This document shows positions 1 through 12,462 of a stretch of DNA of 64,000 bases, one piece after another. Made by a program: the position numbers and the translations under genes. Every line of letters starts with the position of its first letter. Positions within the stretch are counted from its first letter, which is position 1. The DNA is from Mayamaea pseudoterrestris (lineage: Eukaryota): NCBI GenBank assembly GCA_027923505.1, contig BROI01000018.1, positions 1 to 64,000 on the forward strand. Direction: 5' to 3'. The notes beneath the pieces were generated by a model. The model was not told the DNA's origin and did not search any database. It saw nothing but the letters and a program-made list of their open reading frames with translations.

Positions 1-3000
1 ACTCATGGTTGAAATGGTACCCTCATAGTTTGGTGTTGGTAGCCTCATGGTTGAAAGGCTGGTTGCCTCATGGTACCCTCATGGTAGCCTCGTGGTACCC
101 TCATGGTACCCTCATGGTACCCTCACGGTACCCACATGGTACCCACATGGTACCCTCATGGTACCCTCATGGTACCCTCATGGTACCCTCATGGTACCCT
201 CATGGTACCCTCAAGGTTGAAATGATGGTAGCCTCAAGGTTGAAATGTTGGTAGCCTCAAGGTAGCCTCATGGTAGCCTCATGGTTGAAATGGTACCCTC
301 ATAGTTTGGTGTTGGTAGCCTCATGGTTGAAAGGCTGGTTGCCTCATGGTAGCCTCATGGTAGCCTCATGGTACCCTCATGGTACCCTCATGGTACCCTC
401 AAGGTTGAAATGTTGGTAGCCTCATGGTAGCCTCATGGTAGCCTCATGGTTGAAATGGTACCCTCATAGTTTGGTGTTGGTAGCCTCATGGTTGAAAGGC
501 TGGTTGCCTCATGGTACCATCATGGTACCCTCATGGTACCCTCATGGTACCCTCATGGTACCCTCATGGTACCCTCATGGTACCCTCAAGGTGGAAATGT
601 TGGTAGCCTCAAGGTTGAAATGTTGGTAGCCTCATGGTAGCCTCATGGTAGCCTCATGGTTGAAATGGTACCCTCATAGTTTGGTGTTGGTAGCCTCATG
701 GTTGAAAGGCTGGTTGCCTCATGGTAGCCTCATGGTAGCCACATGGTACCCTCATGGTACCCTCATGGTACCCTCATGGTACCCTCATGGTACCCTCAAG
801 GTTGAAATGTTGGTAGCCTCATGGTAGCCTCATGGTTGAAATGGTACCATCATAGTTTGGTGTTGGTAGCCTCATGGTTGAAAGGCTGGTTGCCTTATGG
901 TTGAAAGGCTGGTTGCCTCATGGTACCCTCATGGTACCCTCATGGTACCCTCATGGTACCCTCATGGTACCCTCATGGTACCCTCAAGGTTGAAATGTTG
1001 GTAGCCTCATGGTAGCCTCATGGTTGAAATGGTACCCTCATAGTTTGGTGTTTGTAGCCTCATGGTTGATAGGCTGGTTGCCTCATGGTACCCTCATGGT
1101 AGCCTCATGGTACCCTCATGGTACTCCATGGTACCCTCAAGGTACCCACATGGTACCCTCATGGTACCCTCATGGTACCCTCATGGTACCCTCATGGTAC
1201 CCTCATGGTACCCTCATGGTACCCTCATGGTACCCTCAAGGTTGAAATGTTGGTAGCCTCATGGTAGCCTCATGGTAGCCTCATGGTTGAAATGGTACCC
1301 TCATAGTTTGGTGTTGGTAGCCTCATGGTTGAAAGGCTGGTTGCCTCATGGTACCCTCATGGTACCCTCATGGTACCCTCATGGTACCCTCATGGTTGAA
1401 ATGTTGGTAGCCTCATGGTAGCCTCATGGTAGCCTCATGGTTGAAATGGTACCCTCATAGTTTGGTGTTGGGTTGCCTCATGGTACCCTCATGGTACCCT
1501 CATGGTACCCTCATGGTACCCTCATGGTACCATCATGGTACCCTCATGGTAACCTCAAGGTTGAAATGTTGGTAGCCTCATGGTAGCCTCATGGTAGCCT
1601 CATGGTAGCCTCATGGTAGCCTCATGGTAGCCTCATGGTAGCCTCATGGTTGAAATGGTACCCTCATAGTTTGGTGTTGGTAGCCTTATGGTTGAAAGGC
1701 TGGTTGCCTCATGGTACACTCATGGTAGCCTCAAGGTTGAAATGTTGGTAGCCTCATGGTAGCCTCATGGTAGCCTCATGGTAGCCTCATGGTTGAAATG
1801 GTACCCTCATAGTTTGGTGTTGGTAGCCTCATGGTTGAATGGCTGGTTGCCTCATGGTACCCTCATGGTTCCCTCATGGTACCCTCATGGTACCCTCATG
1901 GTACCCTCATGGTAGCCTCATGGTAGCCTCATGGTACCCTCATGGTACCCTCATGGTAGCCTCATGGTAGCCTCATGGTAGCCTCATGGTACCCTCAAGG
2001 TTGAAATGTTGGTAGCCTCATGGTAGCCTCATGGTTGAAATGGTACCCTCATAGTTTGGTGTTGGTAGCCTCATGGTTGAAAGGCTGGTTGCCTCATGGT
2101 ACCCTCATGGTAGCCTCATGGTAGCCTCATGGTACCCTCAAGGTTGAAATGTTGGTAGCCTCATGGTAGCCTTATGGTAGCCTCATGGTAGCCTCATGGT
2201 ACCCTCATGGTACCCTCAAGGTTGAAATGTTGGTAGCCTCATGGTAGCCTCATGGTACCCTCATGGTACCCTCATTGTACCCTCATGGTAGACTCATGGT
2301 AGCCTCATGGTAGCCTCATGGTACCCTCAAGGTTGAAATGTTGGTAGCCTCATGGTAGCCTCATGGTTGAAATGGTACCCTCATAGTTTGGTGTTGGTAG
2401 CCTCATGGTTGAAAGGCTGGATGCCTCATGGTACCCTCATGGTAGCCTCATGGTACCCTCATGGTATCCTCATGGTACCCTCAAGGTTGAAATGTTGGTA
2501 GCCTCATGGTAGCCTCATGGTTGAAATGGTACCCTCATAGTTTGGTGTTGGTAGCCTCATGGTTGAAAGGCTGGTTGCCTCATGGTACCCTCATGGTAGC
2601 CTCATGGTACCCTTATGGTACCCTCAAGGTTGAAATGTTGGTAGCCTCATGGTAGCCTCATGGTAGCCTCATGGTTGAAATGGTACCCTCATAGTTTGGT
2701 GTTGGTAGCCTCATGGTTGAAAGGCTGGTTGCCTCATGGTACCCTCATGGTACCCTCATGGTACCCTCATGGTACCCTCAAGGTTGAAATGTTGGTAGCC
2801 TCATGGTAGCCTCATGGTTAAAATGGTACCCTCATAGTTTGGTGTTGGTAGCCTCATGGTTGAAAGGCTGGTTGCCTCATGGTACCCTCATGGTAGACTC
2901 ATGGTAGCCTCATGGTAGCCTCATGGTACCCTCAAGGTTGAAATGTTGGTAGCCTCATGGTTGAAATGGTACCCTCATAGTTTGGTGTTGGTAGCCTCAT

Positions 3001-3500
3001 GGTTGAAAGGCTGGATGCCTCATGGTACCCTCACGGTACCCTCATGGTAGCCTCATGGTACCCTCATGGTATCCTCATGGTACCCTCAAGGTTGAAATGT
3101 TGGTAGCCTCATGGTAGCCTCATGGTAGCCTCATGGTTGAAATGGTACCCTCATAGTTTGGTGTTGGTAGCCTCATGGTTGAAAGGCTGGTTGCCTCATG
3201 GTACCCTCATGGTAGCCTCATGGTACCCTCATGGTACCCTCAAGGTTGAAATGTTGGTAGCCTCATGGTAGCCTCATGGTACCCTCATGGTACCCTCATA
3301 GTTTGGTGTTGGTAGCCTCATGGTTGAAAGGCTGGTTGCCTCATGGTACCCTCATGGTACCCTCATGGTACCCTCAAGGTTGAAATGTTGGTAGCCTCAT
3401 GGTTGAAATGGTACCCTCATAGTTTGCTGTTGGTAGCCTCATGATTGAAAGGCTGGTTGCCTCATGGTAGACTCATGGTAGCCTCATGGTACCCTCATGG
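1..3500. repeat. 11-bp minisatellite (CTCATGGTACC / CTCATGGTAGC) with an irregular higher-order module
   Basis: Runs of ctcatggtacc/ctcatggtagc of variable copy number alternate with fixed modules ctcaaggttgaaatgttggtagc and ctcatggttgaaatggtaccctcatagtttggtgttggtagcctcatggttgaaaggctggttgc. The array runs off the left edge. Confidence 0.97.
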
Positions 3501-4196
3501 CTTGGCTGGTGACTCAGGGGATGGCAATGTATTTGGTGACAACTTGTCACCAGTCTCAGCCCGCAGATGCTGTGACATTCAAATGCCTTTACAGCAAGCC
3601 CTGTAGGTGCCCAAAATACTCCAGAATGGTGCCAACATCATTATTCATGCTGCGCTACAAGACGGTAGGCTGGGATGGTGTCTCAGGGGATGGCAATGTA
3701 TTTGGTGACAACTTGTCACCAGTCTCAGCTCGCAGATGCCGTGACATTCAAATGCCCCTACAGCAAGCCCTGTAGGTGCCCAAAATACACCAGAATGGTG
3801 CCAACATCATTTTTTAGGCTGCGCTACAAACTGGTAGTCTTGGCTGGTGACTCAGGGGATGGCAATGTATTTGGTGACAACTTGTCACCAGTCTCAGCCC
3901 GCAGATGCCGTGACATTCAAATGCCTTTACAGCAAGCCCTGTAGGTGCCCAAAATACACCAGAATGGTGCCAACATCATTTTTCAGGCTGCGCTACAAGA
4001 TGGTAGTCTTGGCTGGTGACTCAGGGGATGGCAATGTATTTGATGACAACTTGTCACCAGTCTCAGCCCGCAGATGCCGTGACATTCAAACACCCCTACA
4101 GCAAGCCCTGTAGGTGCCCAAAATACACCAGAATGGTGCCAACATCATTATTCATGCTGTGCTACAAGATGGTAGGCTTGGCTGGTGTCTCATGGG
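3499..4196. repeat. Satellite A (169-bp monomer), block 1, about 4 copies
   Basis: Monomer ggtgtctcaggggatggcaatgtatttggtgacaacttgtcaccagtc...gctacaagatggtaggcttggct; ORF-track periodicity of 169. Confidence 0.96.
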
Positions 4197-7100
4197 CAGC
4201 TTCAGTAAGCAGGTACTATGTGACTGCCTACCCTAGCAGTGGCAAACATCAGATCCCCACAATCTCTTTGTAAACAGGCTTGGGGCATGATCCAAGGTCA
4301 CAAATGGACATTGTATAGTGCATTCACTTTGTGCATTTGCCTCCTGCATGTTGCCTGCTTCCAGATCCGCAGTAGTTGCTGGTATGTACAACCCAACTGC
4401 TGAACACCAACCTAGCAGTGGCAAACATGAAGTCTATGCATACAAGCACTGTGCATGATCCGAGGGCACAAGACATACCACCTTGATGAATTTGTTTTGC
4501 GCATCAGCCTCCTGCTTGCCTTTTGCCTTCAGGTCAGCAGCTTCAGTTAGCAGGTACTATGTGACTGCCTACCCTAGCAGTGGCAAACATCAGATCCCCA
4601 CAATCTCTGTGTAAACTGGCTTGGGGCATGATCCAAGGTCACAAATGGATATTGTATAGTGCATTCACTTTGTGCATTTGCCTCCTGCATGTTGCCTGCT
4701 TCCAGATCCGCAGTAGTTGCTGGTATGTACAACCCAACTGCCGAACACCAACCTAGCAGTGGCAAACATGAAGTGCCCACACACTCTATGCGTACAGCCA
4801 CTGTGCATGATCCAAGGGCACAAGACATACCTCCTTGGTGAATTTGTTTTGCGCATCAGCCTCCTGCTTGCCTTTGCCTTCAGGTCAACAGCTTCAGTTA
4901 GCAGGTACTATGTGACTGCCTACCCTAGCAGTGGCAAACATCAGATCCCCACAATCTCTTTGTAAACTGGCTTGGGGCATGATCCAAGGTCACAAATGGA
5001 TATTGTATAGTGCATTCACTTTGTGCATTTGCCTCCTGCATGTTGCCTGCTTCCAGATCTGCAGTAGTTGCTGGTATGTACTACCCAACTGCTGAACACC
5101 AACCTAGCAGTGGCAAACATGAAGTCTATGCATACAAGCACTGTGCATGATCCGAGGGCACAAGACATACCTCCTTGGTGAATTTGTTTTGCGCATCAGC
5201 CTCCTGCTTGCCTTTTGCCTTTAGGTCAGCAGCTTCAGTTAGCAGGTACTATGTGACTGCCTACCCTAGCAGTGGCAAACATCAGATCCCCACAATCTCT
5301 TTGTAAACAGGCTTGGGGCATGATCCAAGGTCACAAATGGATATTGTATAGTGCATTCACTTTGTGCATTTGCCTCCTGCATGTTGCCTGCTTCCAGATC
5401 CGAAGAAGTTGCTGGTATGTACTACCCAACTGCCAAACACCAACCTAGCAGTGGCAAACATGAAGTGCCCACACACTCTATGCGTACAGCCACTGTGCAT
5501 GATCCGAGGGCACAAGACATACCTCCTTGGTGAATTTGTTTTGCGCATCAGCCTCCTGCTTGCCTTTTGCCTTCAGGTCAGCAGCTTCAGTTAGCAGGTA
5601 CTATGTGACTGCCTACCCTAGCAGAGGCAAACATCAGATCCCCACAATCTCTTTGTAAACTGGCTTGGGGCATGATCCAAGGTCACAAATGGATATTGTA
5701 TAGTGCATTCACTTTGTGCATTTGCCTCCTGCATGTTGCCTGCTTCCAGATCCACAGAAGTTGCTGGTATGTACTACCCAACTGCCAAACACCAACCTAG
5801 CAGTGGCAAACATGAAGTGCCCACACACTCTATGCGTACAGCCACTGTGCAAGATCCGAGGGCACAAGACATACCTCCTTGGTGAATTTGTTTTGCGCAT
5901 CAGCCTCCTGCTTGCCTTTTGCCTTCAGGTCAGCAGCTTCAGTTAGCAGGTACTATGTGACTGCCTACCCTAACAGTGGCAAACATCAGATCCCCACAAT
6001 CTCTTTGTAAACTGGCTTGGGGCATGATCCAAGGTCACAAATGGATATGGTTTAGTGCATTCACTTTGTGCATTTGCCTCCTGCATGTTGCCTGCTTCCA
6101 GATCCGCAGAAGTTGCTGGTATGTACTACCCAACTGCCGAACACCAACCTAGCAGTGGCAAACATGAAGTGCCCACACACTCTATGCGTACAGCCACTGT
6201 GCATGATCCGAGGGCACAAGACATACCTCCTTGGTAAATTTGTTTTGCGCATCAGCCTCCTGCTTGCCTTTTGCCTTCAGGTCAGCAGCTTCAGTTAGCA
6301 GGTACTATGTGACTGCCTACCCTAGCAGTGGCAAACATCAGATCCCCACAATCTCTTTGTAAACTGGCTTGGGGCATGATCCAAGATCACAAATGGATAT
6401 TGTATAGTGCATTCACTTTGTGCATTTGCCTCCTGCATGTTGCCTGCTTCCAGATCCGCAGAAGTTGCTGGTATGTACTTCCCAACTGCCAAACACCAAC
6501 CTAGCAGTGGCAAACATGAAGTGCCCACACACTCTATGCGTACAGCCACTGTGCATGATCCGAGGGCACAAGACATAACTTCTTGGTGAATTTGTTTTGC
6601 GCATCAGCCTCCTGCTTGCCTTTTGCCTTCAGGTCAGCAGCTTCAGTTAGCAGGTACTATGTGACTGCCTACCCTAGCAGTGGCAAACATCAGATCCCCA
6701 CAATCTCTTTGATAACTGGCTTGGGGCATGATCCAAGGTCACAAATGGATATTGTATAGTGCATTCACTTTGTGCATTTGCCTCTTGCATGTTGCCTGCT
6801 TCCAGATCCACAGAAGTTGCTGGTATGTACTACCCAACTGCCGAACACCAACCTAGCAGTGGCAAACATGAAGTGCCCACACACTCTATGCGTACAGCCA
6901 CTGTGCATGATCCGAGGGCACAAGACATACCTCCTTGGTGAATTTGTTTTGCGCATCAGCCTCCTGCTTGCCTTTTGCCTTCAGGTCAGCAGCTTCAGTT
7001 AGCAGGTACTATGTGACTGCCTACCCTAGCAGTGGCAAACATCAGATCCCCACAATCTCTTTGTAAACTGGCTTGGGGCATGATCCAAGGTCACAAATGG

Positions 7101-8584
7101 ATATTGTATAGTGCATTCACTTTGTGCATTTGCCTCCTGCATGTTTCCTGCTCCCAGATCCGCAGAAGTTGCTGGAATGTACTACCCAACTGCCGAACAC
7201 CAACCTAGCAGTGGCAAACATGAAGTGCCCACACACTCTATGCGTACAGCCACTGTGCATGATCCGAGGGCACAAGACATACCTCCTTGGTGAATTTGTT
7301 TTGCGCATCAGCCTCCTGCTTGCCATTTGCCTTCAGGTCAGCAGTTTCAGTTAGCAGGTACTATGTGACTGCCTACCCTAGCAGTGGCAAACATTAGATC
7401 CCCACAATCTCTTTGTAAACTGGCTTGGGGCATGATCCAAGGTCACAAATGGATATTGTATAGTGCATTCACTTTGTGCATTTTGCCTCCTGCATGTTGC
7501 CTGCTTCCAGATCCGCAGAAGTTGGTGGTATGTACTACCCATCTGCCGAACACCAACCTAGCAGTGGCAAACATGAAGTGCCCACACACTCTATGCGTAC
7601 AGCCACTGTGCATGATCCGAGGGCACAAGACATACCTCCTTGGTGAATTTGTTTTGCGCATCAGCCTCCTGCTTGCCTTCTGCCTGCAGGTCAGCAGCTT
7701 CAGTTAGCAGGTACTATGTGACTGTCTACCCTAGCAGTGGCAAACATCAGATCCCCACAATCTCTTTGTAAACTGGCTTGGGGCATGATCCAAGGTCACA
7801 AATGGATATTGTATAGTGCATTCACTTTGTGCATTTGCCTCCTGCATGTTTCCTGCTCCCAGATCCGCAGAAGTTGCTGGAATGTACTACCCAACTGCCG
7901 AACACCAACCTAGCAGTGGCAAACATGAAGTGCCCACACACTCTATGCGTACAGCCTTTGTGCAACATCCGAGGGCACAAGACATACCTCCTTAGTGAAT
8001 TTGTTTTGCGCATCAGCCTCCTGCTTGCCATTTGCCTTCAGGTCAGCAGTTTCAGTTAGCAGGTACTATGTGACAGCCTACCCTAGCAGTGGCAAACATC
8101 AGATCCCCACAATCTCTTTGTAAACTGGCTTGGGGCATGATCCAAGGTCACAAATGGATATTGTATAGTGCATTCACTTTGTGCATTTTGCCTCCTGCAT
8201 GTTGCCTGCTTCCAGATCCGCAGAAGTTGCTGGTATGTACTACCCATCTGCCGAACACCAACCTAGCAGTGGCAAACATGAAGTGCCCACACACTCTATG
8301 CGTACAGCCACTGTGCATGATCCGAGGGCACAAGACATACCTCCTTGGTGAATTTGTTTTGCGCATCAGCCTCCTGCTTGCCTTTTGCCTTCAGGTCAGC
8401 AGCTTCAGTTAGCAGGTACTATGTGACTGCCTACCCTAGCAGTGGCAAACATCAGATCCCCACAATCTCTTTGTAAACTGGCTTGGGGCATGATCCAAGG
8501 TCACAAATGGATATTGTATAGTGCATTCACTTTGTGCATTTGCCTCCTGCATGTTGCCTGCTACCAGATCCGCAGAAGTTACTG

Positions 8585-9620
8585 CAATTGGCTTCGGCAC
8601 ACGTGCAGGACTCGCTTGACCGGGCAACAGCCAGCGGAAGATTCGAGCGCGGATGAATGGGACAACGGAACTTGTGAAACTTGCCATCTTGGTCCTGCAG
8701 GTTCATGAAGAAGAATGAATGTGAACCGCCATATTGGATCTCGTCTTGGCTTAAACCGTGGTAGAGAGCATAGCCTTGAGGCGACAGCAGGCGTTGGTTG
8801 GAAGCAGGACACAAATGCGCTGGTACAATGACCTCCACATTCTTGCCTTGCTCTGTGATAAACATCCAACACACTTTGCCGTGCCCCGTGATAGCAGACT
8901 TGCCATTAGCGGTATTGATAAAGCCTTTGGTCCAGGACAACTTAACAAAATCATCCTTACAAAACGTCAGAGCAACGGAGCAACCAGTATCTAGGACGAC
9001 GGAGATTAGCTCCTCCTGACCGCCCTGAACACTCAGCCTCGAATGCAACGCCATGACAAAGTCCGGGTCAAAGACGTGAGCATTGAATGCATTGCTATAG
9101 TCTTCCTTGCCCAAGCTTGATGACCGCAATTGAAGAGGCAGCGACAAACGAAACGTTTATTGTTATACTGCTTGGAGAGTCCCTCTGAGATAGCAGTATA
9201 ACAATAAACGTTTCGTTATTATTATTATTATTATGAAGAGGCAGCGACAGGCTCCCTGGATAGGGCAGCGACAAGTTAAAGGACTCATCAACCGTGGATA
9301 GAAGAGCTTTAGCTACCGTTGATGCGTTTTCATGGCCTTGGAGAACCTCCTCGAGAAGCTTGCTTGTCGCCGGCATAAGAGCCTGGCACTGGGAACAGGA
9401 CTTGGACTGGAACTTGGTCTTGCACTCGGTCAGGGACACGAGCGGGGCCTTGGTCTTGGACTTGGTCTTGCACTCGGTCAGGGAGGCGAGCAGGGCCTTG
9501 GTCTTGATCTTGGTCTTGGACTCGGTCAGGGACGCGAGTGGGGACGGATCATCACTGGGTGCAGGACTGGGAATTTGCTCAACCTCGAAGAAGACGTCTT
9601 CAATGTCTGTTATATTGCCA
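8585..9620 (-). mobile_element. Captured internal fragment of a Copia-type LTR retrotransposon (pre-protease region + aspartic protease), copy 1
   Basis: Minus-strand frame VVLDTGCSVALTFCKDDF...GHGKVCW...RLLSPQ has a D-T-G protease motif and downstream Copia-like motifs. No LTR. Flanked by a 53-bp duplication of satellite B (8532-8584 / 9621-9673). Confidence 0.8.
9131..9249 (+). mobile_element. 87-bp hairpin + (TTA)n mini-insertion with 16-bp target-site duplication
   Basis: tgaagaggcagcgaca at 9131-9146 and 9234-9249; perfect 26-bp inverted repeat 9147-9172 / 9192-9217; (tta)n tail before the second direct repeat. Confidence 0.7.
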
Positions 9621-10094
9621 TTGTGCATTTGCCTCCTGCATGTTGCCTGCTTCCAGATACGCAGAAGTTACTGGTATGTACTACCCAACTGCCGAACACC
9701 AACCTAGCAGTGGCAAACATGAAGTGCCCACACACTCTATGCGTACAGCCACTGTGCATGATCCGAGGGCACAAGACATACCTCCTTGGTGAATTTGTTT
9801 TGCGCATCAGCCTCCTGCTTGCCTTTTGCCTTCAGGTCAGCAGCTTCAGTTAGCAGGTACTATGTGACTGCCTACCCTAGCAGTGGCAAACATCAGATCC
9901 CCACAATCTCTTTGTAAACTGGCTTGGGGCATGATCCAAGATCACAAATGGATATTGTATAGTGCATTCACTTTGTGCCATTTGCCTCCTGCATGTTGCC
10001 TGCTTCCAGATCCGCAGAAGTTGCTGGTATGTACTACCCAATTGCCTTACACCAACCTAGCAGTGGCAAAAGTGTGTGGGCAGCCACTGTGCAT

Positions 10095-10155
10095 ATAGTC
10101 TCCATTTCATTGTTTTATGAACCATTAAATGGTGGGCCTAGCCATTGTTCCTGCT
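10095..10155. other. Unique ~61-bp B-to-C junction linker, copy 1
   Basis: atagtctccatttcattgttttatgaaccattaaatggtgggcctagccattgttcctgct recurs at 23987-24047. Confidence 0.9.
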
Positions 10156-12459
10156 ATGGTGTCAGCCTCCAGGCAGTCCTCTATGCACCATTTGAGACTC
10201 TGCACCTGTCAATGGCACACCCTGGACATGTTTTGCCTGACTCATTGGGTATTTGGGTGGCCAGGGCATGGGGGGTTTGACAGGTCAGAATCTACAACTT
10301 GTAATGTTGGCCATACCCACAGTGGAGGCCATACCCATGGTGTCAGCCTCCAGGCAGTCCTTTCTGCACCATTTGAGACTCTGCACCTGTCAATGGCATA
10401 ACCTGGACATGTTTTGCCTGACTCATTGGATATTTGGGTGGCCAGGGCATGGGGCATTTGACAGGTCAGAATCTACAACTTGTGGTGTGTTGGCCATACC
10501 CAAAGTGGAGGCCGTACCCATGGTGTCAGCCTCCAGGCAGTCCTCTATGCACCATTTGAGACTCTGCACCTGTCAATGGCACACCCTGGACATGTTTTGC
10601 CTGACTCATTGGGTATTTGGGTGGCCAGGGAATGGGGCGTTTGACAGGTCAGAATCTACAACTTGTAATGTTGGCCATACCCACAGTGGAGGCTGTACCC
10701 ATGGTGTCAGCCTCCAGGCAGTCCTTTTTGCACCATTTGAGACTCTGCACCTGTCAATGGCATACCCTGGACATGTTTTGCCTGGCTCATTGGGTATTTT
10801 GGTGGCCAGGACATGGGGCGTTTGACAGGGAAGAATCTGCAACTTATGGCGTTGGCCATACCCACAGTGGAGGCCGTACCCATGGTGTCAGCATCCAGGC
10901 AGTCCTTTTTGCACCATTTGAGACTCTGCACCTGTCAATGGCATAACCTGAACATGTTTGGCCTGACTCATTAGGTATTTGGGTGGCCAGGGCATGGGGC
11001 GTTTGACAGGTCAGAATCTACAACTTGTGGTGTTGGCCATTCCCACAGTGGAGGCCTTACCCATGGTGTCAGCCTCCAGGCAGTCCTTTTTGCACCATCT
11101 GAGACTCTGCACCTGTCAATGGCATACCCTGACCATGTGTTGCCTGACGCATTGGGTATTTGGGTGGCCAGGGCATGGGGCGTTTGACAGGTCAGAATCT
11201 ACAACTTGTAATGTTGGCCATACCCACAGTGGAGGCTGTACCCATGGTGTCAGCCTCCAGGCAGTTTTTTTGCACCATTTGAGACTCTACACCTGTCAAT
11301 GGCATACCCTTGACATGTTTTGCCTGGCTCATTGGGTATTTGGGTGGCCAGGGCATGGGGCGTTTGACAGGTCAGAATCTACAACTTGTGGTGTTGGCCA
11401 TACCCAAAGTGGAGGCCGTACCCATGGTGTCAGCCTCCAGGCAGTCCTCTATGCACCATTTGAGACTCTGCACCTGTCAATGGCACACCCTGGACATGTT
11501 TTGCCTGACTCATTGGGTATTTGGGTGGCCAGGGAATGGGGCGTTTGACAGGTCAGAATCTACAACTTGTAATGTTGGCCATACCCACAGTGGAGGCTGT
11601 ACCCATGGTGTCAGCCTCCAGGCAGTCCTTTTTGCACCATTTGAGACTCTGCACCTGTCAATGGCATACCCTGGACATGTTTTGCCTGGCTCATTGGGTA
11701 TTTTGGTGGCCAGGACATGGGGCGTTTGACAGGGAAGAATCTGCAACTTATGGCGTTGGCCATACCCACAGTGGAGGCCGTACCCATGGTGTCAGCATCC
11801 AGGCAGTCCTTTTTGCACCATTTGAGACTCTGCACCTGTCAATGGCATACCCTGAACATGTTTGGCCTGACTCATTAGGTATTTGGGTGGCCAGGGCATG
11901 GGGCGTTTGACAGGTCAGAATCTACAACTTGTGGTGTTGGCCATTCCCACAGTGGAGGCCTTACCCATGGTGTCAGCCTCCAGGCAGTCCTTTTTGCACC
12001 ATCTGAGACACTGCACCTGTCAACGGCATACCCTGACCATGTGTTGCCTGACGCATTGGGTATTTGGGTGGCCAGGGCATGGGGCGTTTGACAGGTCAGA
12101 ATCTACAACTTGTAATGTTGGCCATACCCACAGTGGAGGCTGTACCCATGGTGTCAGCCTCCAGGCAGTTTTTTTGCACCATTTGAGACTCTACACCTGT
12201 CAATGGCATACCCTTGACATGTTTTGCCTGGCTCATTGGGTATTTGGGTGGCCAGGGCATGGGGCATTTGACAGGTCAGAATCTACAACTTGTGGTGTTG
12301 GCCATACCCACAGTGGAGGCTGTACCCATGGTGTCAGCCTCCAGGCATTCCTTTTTGCACCATTTGAGACTCTGCACCTGTCAATGGCATACCCTGGACA
12401 TGTTTTGCCTGGCTCATTGGGTATTTGGGTGGCCAGGGCATTGGGCATTTTACAGGTCA
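10156..12459. repeat. Satellite C (181-bp monomer), block 1, about 13 copies
   Basis: Monomer atggtgtcagcctccaggcagtcc...ttgacaggtcagaatctacaacttgtggtgttggccatacccacagtggaggccgtaccc; period 181, with a 904-bp (5-mer) duplication. Confidence 0.96.
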
Positions 12460-12462
12460 ATG

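Larger units (their letters stand above)
4196..10094. repeat. Satellite B (352-bp monomer), block 1, about 14 copies, interrupted by a 1-kb insert
   Basis: Periodicity 352 (ORFs at 5351, 5703, 6055, 6407, 6759, 7111); two shorter ~340-bp variant monomers near 4430 and 5120. Confidence 0.96.

Noticed and set aside
10332..10345. Similarity of satellite C (g/a)tacccatggt to the 11-mer gtaccctcatggt
   Set aside because: Too short to support common ancestry.
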